Source: a bacterium
GTDB lineage: Bacteria > UBA8248
NCBI GenBank assembly: GCA_965204535.1
Contig: CBDBEV010000001.1
Location: 1,952,001 to 2,016,000, forward strand
Direction: 5' to 3'
Length of the DNA: 64,000 nucleotides
The notes under the pieces are model-generated. The model did no database searches and was not told the origin of the DNA. It was given only the letters and a program-made list of their open reading frames with translations. Positions 18,645 through 27,209 of this stretch are shown here, piece by piece. How positions within the stretch are numbered: the stretch's first letter is position 1; each line of letters starts with the position of its first letter. Position numbers and translations under genes: made by a program.

Positions 18645-20834
18645 TCACCGCGGCAATTCGACGATCATTTCCGTGAATTCGTCCGGCTCGGTTTCGACCC
18701 GTATGTTTCCCCCATGCTGACGAATAATGTCGCTGGATAGAGAAAGGCCGAGCCCGGTGCCCTTGTCCGTCGGCTTGGTCGTGAAGAAGGGGTTGAATAT
18801 CTTCTCGACGACCTCGGGCGGCATCCCGCTCCCGTTGTCGCGAATGCGGACCTCGATGCCGTCCGGCCTGCACCTGGTAACGAGCTTCAGCGTGGGATCG
18901 TAGCGCGGCGCATCTTCGGCGGCGGCGACTTTTTGCCGTTTCTCATGGGTGGCGTAGCAGGCGTTGCTCACCATGTTCAGGAAGACGCGGCCCAGATCCT
19001 GCGGAATGACCTCGCATTCCACCATATCCGGATCCAAATCCCAATCGAGCGTGAGGTTGAAATTCGGGTCTGCCGCCCGTGCGCTGTGGTAGGCGAGGCG
19101 CGCGTGTTCGTCGAGCAGGGTGTTGATGTTGGTCGGCTGCGCCTCTCCCGAACCCCTGCCCATCTGGAGCATGCTCTCCACGATGTTGTTGGCCCGCTCC
19201 CCGTGTTCGCGGATGCGCTGGAGGTTGCCGGTGAGGTCTTCTCCGATTTCGGTGATGAGCTCGATCGGATCCTCTTCGTCCTGCTTTTTCTCCTCCTTGT
19301 CCTCCTGCGGTTCCTGCCCGTTTTCCTGCCCGTTGCCGCCGTGAGCCGCCATCTTCTCCAACTCTTCCATCAACTCCTCCATCAGCTCTTCGGAGACTTC
19401 CGAGAAGTTCTTGATGAAGTTCAGCGGATTTCTGATCTCGTGAGCCACGCCCGCCGTCAATTCACCGAGCGCCGCGAGTTTCTCGCGCATGACAATCTGA
19501 TCCTGCGCCTTTTCCAGATCGCCGAGCGCGCTTTCGAGTTCTTCGTTTTTGCCCTTGATCTCCTCGGCCAGTTTCTCCACCAGGTTGAGGCGCTGCACCT
19601 CCAGGGCATGGCGGCGGAAGATTTCGAGCGCGGCGGCCATTTCCGCGACTTCATCCTGCCCGCCGATATCGACTTTCTCCTCCAGATCGCCGTCGGCCAT
19701 GCGGCGCATGCGGTCCGAGAGCCGCCCGAGCCGACGCGAAAGCACACGGCCGATGAACAGCCAGCCGATCAGCACGGCGCCGATGAAACTGATGGCGCTC
19801 AGCGCGAGCAGGATGTTGCTGCCGGTGCTGATGGCCTGGGCGGAATCCTGGGTGGCCTGCTTCGCGCTCTTGCGGGCCGTGCCCACCAGCGTTTCGGTGG
19901 CGGCCAGAATTTTCGCTTCCTGAGATTCGTGAAACGCGAGCAACTCGCCCTGTTTCCTCTCGAGCGCCAGTTCACGCGCGCGCAGATTGAAACCTCCATC
20001 CTCCCCGATGCTCAACTCGATCATCTGTTCGAAGAGAGGCTCGAGAGCCGCGCGCACCGGAACCTTTCCAAGCGCGTTCATACGCCGCCGGATACCGCGC
20101 GCCGTGGCCTCGAAGCGCTCGCGCAACGGCTCGATCTGGGCGGCGTCCGATACGCTGAAAGCGGTAGCGAGAAGCTGGGTCGCGATAGTGGCGTCCGACC
20201 GCAAGCCGGCGATGTAGCGGTAGAGGTTAAACCCCTCCTCCGAGAAGTGCTTTTCACGGGGAACGGGCGCCGCGCCGATTTTGCCGTAACCCGTCATCGC
20301 GTAGAACAACTGATCGTCGATGGCGGGAACCATGACGTTGTTCAGCTCCTTGCGCACCCATGTGAGCTGGAGTTGGAGGGTATCGCGCAGATCGGTGAGA
20401 TTGAAGCGTTGCAGCACCAATCGTTTGATGGCATTGAGGTTCTCTATCAGCACGTCTCCGAGTTTCTTGATGCGCAAAGAGATTTCCTCATTCCCTTCCT
20501 GGCGAATCAGCGCCGCAAGCGCCGTCTCGAACGCCTCCTGGTCCTTGGCGACCTCGGTGGCTATTTGGTCCAGGATGTCAGGGTTCACCACCGCGGCCAG
20601 CCGCGGCGCGGCGGCCACCAGGGCGGTGCTCTCCTGGGCGATTCCGAAGGCGCTCGCCAGGAACGGGACGGTGCCTTCGTTCACGCGGTTCTGCACCTCG
20701 CCCACGAACCCGAACGAGACCCATGCAACCACGCTCGCGATGACGGTGAGAGAAGCGGCGGCGCCGATGCTGAGGTAGAGTTGCGTCGATATCTGGTAAC
20801 GCTTGTCCAGGAGGTTCTTCAGCGCGCTTTTCAT
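18645..20834 (-). CDS. Sensor histidine kinase with TorS-like helical periplasmic domain, HAMP, HisKA and HATPase_c
   Basis: Two TM helices; HAMP (DEVAEMAAAL); H-box AGVAHEIRNPLNF; N-box VFLNMVSNA; DNGSG; FFTTKP..GTGLGL. Start at MKSALK overlaps the SBP stop by 4 bp. Confidence 0.9.
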   Translation of the reverse strand: MKSALKNLLDKRYQISTQLYLSIGAAASLTVIASVVAWVSFGFVGEVQNRVNEGTVPFLASAFGIAQESTALVAAAPRLAAVVNPDILDQIATEVAKDQEAFETALAALIRQEGNEEISLRIKKLGDVLIENLNAIKRLVLQRFNLTDLRDTLQLQLTWVRKELNNVMVPAIDDQLFYAMTGYGKIGAAPVPREKHFSEEGFNLYRYIAGLRSDATIATQLLATAFSVSDAAQIEPLRERFEATARGIRRRMNALGKVPVRAALEPLFEQMIELSIGEDGGFNLRARELALERKQGELLAFHESQEAKILAATETLVGTARKSAKQATQDSAQAISTGSNILLALSAISFIGAVLIGWLFIGRVLSRRLGRLSDRMRRMADGDLEEKVDIGGQDEVAEMAAALEIFRRHALEVQRLNLVEKLAEEIKGKNEELESALGDLEKAQDQIVMREKLAALGELTAGVAHEIRNPLNFIKNFSEVSEELMEELMEELEKMAAHGGNGQENGQEPQEDKEEKKQDEEDPIELITEIGEDLTGNLQRIREHGERANNIVESMLQMGRGSGEAQPTNINTLLDEHARLAYHSARAADPNFNLTLDWDLDPDMVECEVIPQDLGRVFLNMVSNACYATHEKRQKVAAAEDAPRYDPTLKLVTRCRPDGIEVRIRDNGSGMPPEVVEKIFNPFFTTKPTDKGTGLGLSLSSDIIRQHGGNIRVETEPDEFTEMIVELPR

Positions 20835-22018
20835 CTTTTCTCCGGCCGCCGGATTTTTTCGGTTGGGATGTAGCGGCCGCCCTCGCCGACGACGGTGAGG
20901 AAAACGGCGTCCGACCCCTGGTTGTCGTCTTTGCCGAAGCGGAGCTTGAATCCGCCGAGGTCGATGGTGGCCGCGCGTCGCAGGCTTTTCAGAAGACAGT
21001 TGCGGTCGGGCTTGCGCCCGCACAACTCGAGGGCGCGAATGGCCAGTCTGCCGGCCATGTAGCCCTCGAATGAGACGAAGCTGGGAGTCGCGCCAGGTTT
21101 GTGAGTCTCCAGGTCCCGCCGGTAGTCGGCCGCGATCTCGAGATTCTCCATTGTCGGGAACGGAACCACCTGCGTGACGTAGATACCGACGCCGGCGGGG
21201 CCGAGTTCACGCACGAGCGCATTGCTGCCCACGAAGGATATTGTTACGAAAATCGGATTGAACCCCGTATGGCGCGCCCAGGCGATGAAGGAGGCGACCG
21301 GTTTGTAGGCCCCCACGAGGACCACCGCTTCGGGGTCCGCGCGCCTGATGTCGAGCAGGGCCGTTTTGACCGCCGTCGTATTCCGTGGATAGACTCCGGT
21401 GACCGCCGGTTTCAGGTTTCGTCGCTCCAGGGCGCGGCGAACGCCCCGGTAGCCCGCCAGACCGAAGGAATCGTTCTGGTAAAGCACGGCGATCTTCTTG
21501 ACGTCCAAGTCCTTGATCAGGCGATCCACTATCTCCTCGGTCTCCTGGAAATAGGAGGCCCGCAGGTTGATCACGTTCTTCCATTTGGGATCGCGCAAGA
21601 AGGCGGCGCCGGTGAAGGGCGCGATGTAGGGGACGTTCGCTTTTGCAGCGACTGGCGTGGCCGAGCGCGAGGTGGGCGTGCCGACGGCCCCGATGAGCGC
21701 GAAAACCTTGCTCTTCTCTATCAGCCGGCGGGTGTTCAGGATGGCGGCTTCGGGCTCATACGCATCGTCGAGGGATGTGAGTTCGAGCCGGCGTCCGTGA
21801 ACGCCGCCGCGCTCGTTCGCCGTGCGAAAGGCGGCTTCGACCCCGAGACGCATCTCCTCGCCCAGAACACTCGCGGGACCGGTGAAGGCGGCGGATTGAC
21901 CGAAAAGAATCCGGTCAGGAGAAACCCCGGGCACGGCCGCCTGCGCCCCCGACGCCGAGCAGATTATCGCTGCAGCAAGGAGGATAAACGCCCGGCAGAT
22001 TCGGAGTGGGAGGCTCAT
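20831..22018 (-). CDS. Periplasmic solute-binding protein (Leu/Ile/Val-binding, PBP type 1), with no cognate permease in the locus
   Basis: Signal peptide (..SGAQA); FGQSAAFTGP, GGVHGR, LDDAYEP, VFALIGAVGTPT, NLRASY, YQNDSFG. Confidence 0.88.
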   Translation of the reverse strand: MSLPLRICRAFILLAAAIICSASGAQAAVPGVSPDRILFGQSAAFTGPASVLGEEMRLGVEAAFRTANERGGVHGRRLELTSLDDAYEPEAAILNTRRLIEKSKVFALIGAVGTPTSRSATPVAAKANVPYIAPFTGAAFLRDPKWKNVINLRASYFQETEEIVDRLIKDLDVKKIAVLYQNDSFGLAGYRGVRRALERRNLKPAVTGVYPRNTTAVKTALLDIRRADPEAVVLVGAYKPVASFIAWARHTGFNPIFVTISFVGSNALVRELGPAGVGIYVTQVVPFPTMENLEIAADYRRDLETHKPGATPSFVSFEGYMAGRLAIRALELCGRKPDRNCLLKSLRRAATIDLGGFKLRFGKDDNQGSDAVFLTVVGEGGRYIPTEKIRRPEKR

Positions 22019-22434
22019 TCACTCCTCCGCTTGACAAGGCGCATATGGTTCTTGTTCTCCTCCCGTCGATAAGTCACATCGTCCATCATCGTCCGCACCA
22101 GGTGGATGCCGAGCCCGCCCACGGCGCGGTCTTCGATGCCCGAGTCGGTGTCCGGTTCGGGCGCGTCGGTCAGGGGATCGAACGGACGGCCGTCGTCGAT
22201 GATATCGATGATCACCGCCTCCGCGTCCGAGATGAGTTCGATGCTGATTTCCCCCCTTCCGCCTTCGCTACCATGATGCACGGCGTTGAGAATCAGCTCT
22301 TCGAGCACGAGGTCGACCTGGAATTCGATGTCGGGCGGCCAGTCCTGCTCCCGGCTGAATTCCCCGATGGCGGACTGGATGCGCGGGAGATCCGAGGCTT
22401 CGAATCCCATTGTCAAAGAAAGTTTCGCGCTCAT
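22015..22434 (-). CDS. Anti-sigma factor Ser/Thr kinase (RsbW/SpoIIAB-like, HATPase_c_2)
   Basis: EELILNAVHHG (N-box), DDGRPFDP, GGLGIHLVR..MDDVTY. Confidence 0.92.
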   Translation of the reverse strand: MSAKLSLTMGFEASDLPRIQSAIGEFSREQDWPPDIEFQVDLVLEELILNAVHHGSEGGRGEISIELISDAEAVIIDIIDDGRPFDPLTDAPEPDTDSGIEDRAVGGLGIHLVRTMMDDVTYRREENKNHMRLVKRRSE

Positions 22435-23648
22435 TCACTCACTCCACGGCGAAAAAGGGTCAGGCAAGTAATATCATCGAATTGAGGCGCTTTGCCCGCG
22501 AATTCCTTTACATCCTCAAAAACCTTCGTGTTGATCTCCCGGGCCGAGGCCGGCGACGCCCCCCCCAGAATCTCCCGGAGGCGGTCGAGGCCGAACTGAT
22601 CGGTCTTCTCGTTCTCCGCCTCCGTGACGCCGTCGGTGTAGAGAACGAGGGCCTCACCGGGGGCGAGAGTCGCATTGTACATGTCGTAACTGAACTCGGG
22701 CGCGATCCCGAGGGCGACTCCCGGATCCTGGGAAAGCAGGCTCGATGAGCCGTCGGCGTGAAGGACGAGCGGGGGGTTGTGCCCGCCGTTGGCGTAGACG
22801 AGTTCCCCGGACGTGGAGTCGTAAATGGCGAAAAAGACGGTGACGAACATCGCGGCGTCGTTGTTCTCCTGAAGCAGGCGGTTCACCTCGCTCAACACAT
22901 CACCGGGCCGGAGCAGACGGTTCACCTCGCCGAGCACGTCGCCCGGATTGGCGCGAGCGACAGCGACGCTGTTGAGCAGCGTGCGGCTCGACATCATGAA
23001 AAGGGCGGCGGGCACCCCCTTGCCGGAAACGTCGGCGACCGTGATGCCGATGCGGCCGTCGGAAAGGTCTATCACGTCGAAGAAATCACCCCCCACGTCG
23101 CGGGCGGGCTCCATGCCCCCGAATATCTCGTAGTGGGGGCTTTCGGGGAATTTCGTCGGCAGAATCGATTGCTGCATCTTGCTGGCCAGGTCGAGGTCGC
23201 TCCTCAAGGCGACGAGCTTGTCGCGCGCCTCGAGCGCTTCGCGCAGCATGGCGAGGTGCTCCAGGGTCCGTTCTATGGTGATCCGCAAATCCTCGAAATC
23301 GATCGGCTTGGTGACGAAGTCGAAGGCGCCCCTGTTCATCGCCGTGCGGATGTTCTTCATGTCTCCATACGCCGAAACCACTACGGAGCGCACGTTGGGG
23401 TCGACCGAGGGGATTTGCTTGAGCAGGGTGAGGCCGTCCATCTCCGGCATGTTGATGTCCGTGAGCACCATGTCGATAGGGTCGCCGCCATCGTTATCGT
23501 TCAAGCGCTCAAGCGCTTCGACCCCGTTGCGGGCGAAGACGAACGAATAGCGGCCTCTTCGTATCTCGCGCCGCATGCGCTGTAACACGAGCTGCTCGAG
23601 ATCGGGCTCGTCGTCGACCACGAGTATCCTGTGGGGTTCCTCCATCAC
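22431..23648 (-). CDS. Response-regulator REC domain fused to SpoIIE/PP2C phosphatase (RsbU/RsbY-like)
   Basis: ILVVDDE, TDINMPEMDG, FVTKP; VGGDFFD, ADVSGKGVPAA, NGGHNPP, YTDGVTEA, DDIT. Confidence 0.93.
   Translation of the reverse strand: MMEEPHRILVVDDEPDLEQLVLQRMRREIRRGRYSFVFARNGVEALERLNDNDGGDPIDMVLTDINMPEMDGLTLLKQIPSVDPNVRSVVVSAYGDMKNIRTAMNRGAFDFVTKPIDFEDLRITIERTLEHLAMLREALEARDKLVALRSDLDLASKMQQSILPTKFPESPHYEIFGGMEPARDVGGDFFDVIDLSDGRIGITVADVSGKGVPAALFMMSSRTLLNSVAVARANPGDVLGEVNRLLRPGDVLSEVNRLLQENNDAAMFVTVFFAIYDSTSGELVYANGGHNPPLVLHADGSSSLLSQDPGVALGIAPEFSYDMYNATLAPGEALVLYTDGVTEAENEKTDQFGLDRLREILGGASPASAREINTKVFEDVKEFAGKAPQFDDITCLTLFRRGVSE
22873..22946 (-). repeat. In-frame 39-bp tandem duplication inside the PP2C gene (PGDVLGEVNRLL-R-PGDVLSEVNRLL)
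   Basis: Two imperfect copies at 22873-22907 and 22912-22946; period 39 bp. Confidence 0.85.
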
Positions 23649-24085
23649 GGCCTCCCTTCCGCCAACATCTTGTCGCGCGCCTCGAAGGCTTCCCGCATCG
23701 ACTTGAGATGCTCCAAAGACTTCTCGATGGTAAGCCGCAAGTCCTCGAAATCAATCGGCTTGTTCAGGAAATCGAATGCGCCCCTGTTCATCGCCGTACG
23801 GATGTTCTTCATGTCCCCATACGCCGAGACGATGACACAGCGGAGCTTGGGGTCGAAAGCGGGGATTTGCTCGAGCAGGGTGAGGCCGTCCATCTCCGGC
23901 ATGTTGATGTCCGTGATGACGATGTCGATTTCATCGTCATTGTTTAAGCGCTCTAGCGCTTCGACCCCGTTGCGGGCGAAGACGAACGAATAGCGGCCGC
24001 TGCGAATTTCGCGCCGCATGCGCTGCAGCACCAGACCTTCAAGATCGGGTTCATCGTCGACTACGAGTATCCTGTGCGAATCCAT
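23645..24085 (-). CDS. Single-domain response regulator, close paralog of the REC domain of the downstream PP2C
   Basis: MDSHRILVVDDEPDLE...TDINMPEMDG...KPIDFEDL; near-identical to the N-terminus of 22431..23648. Confidence 0.9.
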   Translation of the reverse strand: MDSHRILVVDDEPDLEGLVLQRMRREIRSGRYSFVFARNGVEALERLNNDDEIDIVITDINMPEMDGLTLLEQIPAFDPKLRCVIVSAYGDMKNIRTAMNRGAFDFLNKPIDFEDLRLTIEKSLEHLKSMREAFEARDKMLAEGRP

Positions 24086-24478
24086 CGTCCGGGTCTCTCC
24101 ACCGCTTAGACTTAATCCGACCAACGATCAAGCACTTTCGAATTCCAGCTAAATGTATATAAGACTCACGCGGCGCGCAACTCATTTCTCACTCCGCCTC
24201 GTGCCCGAACGAACCTGCGCGGCGGCCTGCAACCCCCTGAAACCATGGCTTCACCGGCGCCCGCTCCCGGCATGAGGCCGCTCGGCCGCCGGATTTCGTC
24301 CATACCGGTTTCTCTTCCCGCGAGCATCCAGACCTCCTGAACCCATGAGGCGATTCCGCGCCGAATGTGGGTAAAGCGGCGAAAATTTCATCCGCCGCCC
24401 GGTTGTCCAGGCCCTCGGGTTCGCGTATCTTGGGGGACGAAGTGCCGCCATGCGCGAACCACCAGAGGAATCCCTGCT

Positions 24479-25066
24479 TTGACCCGTAAACCCAAAAGTA
24501 AAAAGAAAGGCGCAAGAGCCGCCGGAAGAAGGGCTCCGCGCCCGGCGAGAACCATTGGCTCGAAGAAGAAAAGCACCGCCCCGTTCGTGTGGGCGATCGT
24601 CATCGCCGCGGTCGTAATCGGCATCTACTACTTTACGGGCGCATCGGCGAACAAGGCGCGCGACGTGCCTTCCCTCGGCAACCGCCACATCCGCGTGGGC
24701 ACGAGCGGCGCCGTCGCCTACAACACGGACCCCCCCACATCGGGGCCTCACTATCCGACCATCGTCCCATGGGGCGTGCACTGGAAGCCGATCGACAAAG
24801 GTTTTCAAGTCCATAACCTCGAAGACGGCGGCGTGCTGGTGCAGTATGGCTGCGGCGATTGCCCCGAACTCGTGAAAAAACTCGAGAAAATCGTACGCGG
24901 CTACCCGAAGTTCGTCATCCTCGCCCCGTACCCGTCGATGAAACACAGAATCGCGCTCACCGCCTGGGGCAAGATAGATACGCTGGAGACTTTTGATGAG
25001 AAGCGCATCACCGCCTTCATCGACGCCTATCGCGGCCTCGACCACCACCCACGGGGGAGGAGATAG
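24479..25066 (+). CDS. DUF3105 family membrane-anchored protein
   Basis: YNTDPPTSGPHY, VHNLEDGGVLVQY, IALTAWG; basic N-tail plus one TM helix; TTG start after AGAGGA (start uncertain). Confidence 0.8.
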   Translation: MTRKPKSKKKGARAAGRRAPRPARTIGSKKKSTAPFVWAIVIAAVVIGIYYFTGASANKARDVPSLGNRHIRVGTSGAVAYNTDPPTSGPHYPTIVPWGVHWKPIDKGFQVHNLEDGGVLVQYGCGDCPELVKKLEKIVRGYPKFVILAPYPSMKHRIALTAWGKIDTLETFDEKRITAFIDAYRGLDHHPRGRR

Positions 25067-25172
25067 GGGTTCCGAAGGGAATGACATGCTTCGGTTGACG
25101 ACTTCTTTTCGCCGGTCGATTCGGAGGCGGCCGCCCCGCAAGATGCGTTGGGGATGACTCCCGGGCGCGCCC

Positions 25173-26945
25173 TCAACCCCCTCCGCCGCCGGCCGCGCCC
25201 GGAACCTCCACGCGCAGGGTCACGATGTCCGTGTCGTGGTATTGCTGGTGGCGAACCGAGGAGGCGAGGTGGCGCAGCAGTCTGAGCGAGACTTCACGCT
25301 CAATCGGCGCACCGGCGGTCTGCTCGCCGAGCAGCGCGATTTTGTCCTGAAGGTTATCCTCTCCGCCCGCGGCGACGAACTCCAGCACCGCGCCGCCGTC
25401 TTCTTTATGCGCCACCATGAGCAGACGCCGCCGCTTGCGGCTCTCGTCGGCTTCGTCCGGGCGCAGGAGCGTCAGCAGCGTTTCCTCGCCCGCGGCGTCG
25501 AGGCGATGCGCCATCGCCTCATCCCAGCCGCTGGCCGAGGCGAACTCACCGAGAAACTCCCTGATCTTCGGCAAGGCGGAGATGTCGAACGCCACCTCGA
25601 GACGGCTGCGGCGCGGTTCGGTGATCTCCACGAACAAGGTCATGATCATGGCGACGAGGCCGCCGGCCGTCATTCCGTTGTTCAAAAGGCCGCCCGCGAA
25701 CGTGGAGAAATACTCGGGATATATGACGCCGTTCTGGAAGCCGACACCCGCCCAGAACGCGACGCCCGCGACCAGCCCCTTGCGGTAGTCGATCCCGTCC
25801 TGAACGACCATCCGCATGCCGACCACGAAGAGCATCGCCAGCAGCACGGTGATGTAGGCCGCGGCGACCGGCCCCGGTATCGCCAGCACCACGGCGACCA
25901 GCTTGGGAAGAAACGCCAGGGCGAGGAACACCAGCCCGGCGGCGACTCCGACGCTGCGCGCGCCGACGCCGGTGAGTTCGGTGACGGACACGCTCGTCGA
26001 ATAGGTCGTGTTCGGCACCGTCGCCAAAAGGCCGGAGAGCAGGTTGCCCACTCCGTCGGCGGCCACCGCGCCCTGCACCGCCTTGAAGTCTACCGCCCGG
26101 GGCCGCCGCCAGGACACGCGCTGGATGGCGGCGCCGTCGCCCACGGTCTCGATGGCGCCGATCAGGGTCACGAAAACGAATCCCGGCAGAAGCGTCCAGA
26201 ACACCGGCCCGAAGCTCAGATCCAGGCCCGGCCATGTGCCCCGGGGAAGACCGATCCATGAAGCTTCGGCGACGCGGGCCGTATCGTAGATGCCGAACCA
26301 GAGTCCGACGAGCGAGCCCGCGACCACGCCGATCACCGGCGCCCACAGGCGCAGCGCACCCGTCGCCTTGAGCGCAATGCCGACGATGACCACCGCCGAC
26401 ACGAACGCGCTCAGCGGAGCTGCGAGCGGGGGAGCGCCCTTGGGCGCGTCATCGAGCATACCGAAGACGATGGGCATCACCGTCACCGCTATCAGCATGA
26501 TGACGGTTCCCGCCACGGTCGGCGTCAGCACCCGCCGGAACAACGAGAGACGCTCGGAAAGTACGAACTGAAAAAGCGAGGAGGCGAGGACCAGCGTGGC
26601 CAGCATCCCCGGCCCGCCCTTGGCGAGCGCCGCGATGCAGACCGCGATGAAAGCGCCCGATGTGCCCATGATGAGCACGTAGCCCGCGCCGAAGCGGCCG
26701 AGCCGGATCGCCTGGAGCATCGTGGTTGCGCCGCAGATCGCCACCGCGGCGAACACCGCCCACGAGAGATAGTCCTCGGCACCGCCGGCGGCGCGCACCA
26801 CGATCGCCGGCGTGAAAACGATGCCGCCCACGCAGAGGACGGCGAGTTGCAAGCCCAGGCCGAACGCGAGCAGGGGCGGTGGTTTCTCGTCGGCCTCGTA
26901 GCGTACGTCGGTGTTCGCGTGCCGGTCGGCGTCTTCGGCGCTCAT
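25173..26945 (-). CDS. NCS2 (xanthine/uracil/ascorbate) permease fused to a C-terminal degenerate RsbW-like GHKL domain
   Basis: NCS2 core (YEADEKPP..GLQ, TPTVAGTVI, ETVGD, ADGVGN, PNTTY, GVGAR, PKL, IPGPV) plus an ~145-aa soluble tail that aligns by eye with the RsbW-like protein at 22015-22434. Confidence 0.85.
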   Translation of the reverse strand: MSAEDADRHANTDVRYEADEKPPPLLAFGLGLQLAVLCVGGIVFTPAIVVRAAGGAEDYLSWAVFAAVAICGATTMLQAIRLGRFGAGYVLIMGTSGAFIAVCIAALAKGGPGMLATLVLASSLFQFVLSERLSLFRRVLTPTVAGTVIMLIAVTVMPIVFGMLDDAPKGAPPLAAPLSAFVSAVVIVGIALKATGALRLWAPVIGVVAGSLVGLWFGIYDTARVAEASWIGLPRGTWPGLDLSFGPVFWTLLPGFVFVTLIGAIETVGDGAAIQRVSWRRPRAVDFKAVQGAVAADGVGNLLSGLLATVPNTTYSTSVSVTELTGVGARSVGVAAGLVFLALAFLPKLVAVVLAIPGPVAAAYITVLLAMLFVVGMRMVVQDGIDYRKGLVAGVAFWAGVGFQNGVIYPEYFSTFAGGLLNNGMTAGGLVAMIMTLFVEITEPRRSRLEVAFDISALPKIREFLGEFASASGWDEAMAHRLDAAGEETLLTLLRPDEADESRKRRRLLMVAHKEDGGAVLEFVAAGGEDNLQDKIALLGEQTAGAPIEREVSLRLLRHLASSVRHQQYHDTDIVTLRVEVPGAAGGGGG

Positions 26946-27181
26946 GTCGTATCCTTCGCGGCTGGAAAACGGGTCCGTGGCGGATCCGATACCTCGGTTC
27001 GACCCCCTCGCAACGGAGCGTAAGTTTCTCACACCCTTTTCGGCCCCTCAAGAAAAAAGGCCCGCGAAGGATATCGACGGGCGAAAACCGACAAGCCTGC
27101 GGCATTTTCAGGCGAATATCGTGGTTTCGGGGGTTTTGGGTGCGAAAATCGCACTTTTTTCGGTGCATGAATACATTTTTG

Positions 27182-27209
27182 TTGACGAAAGAAACGCAAC
27201 ATATATACT
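27182..27209 (+). promoter_or_regulatory. Putative sigma70 promoter of the RiPP precursor
   Basis: TTGACG-N16-TATACT in an AT-rich stretch about 150 bp upstream of the GTG start. Confidence 0.55.

Noticed and set aside
18933-20873. Long antisense ORFs (this 646-aa one; also 16283-17692, 40136-41455, 47554-48702 and similar)
   Set aside because: Shadow ORFs opposite well-supported genes in GC-rich DNA, with no recognisable motifs.
20835-21023. N-terminal extensions in the ORF track (kinase to 21023, DegP to 37389, VOC to 4915, ThiL to 57626, YqeC to 62580, NCS2 to 27032, CoA-transferase to 58964)
   Set aside because: They overlap neighbouring genes or are low-information. Downstream starts with an RBS or translational coupling fit the family N-termini better.
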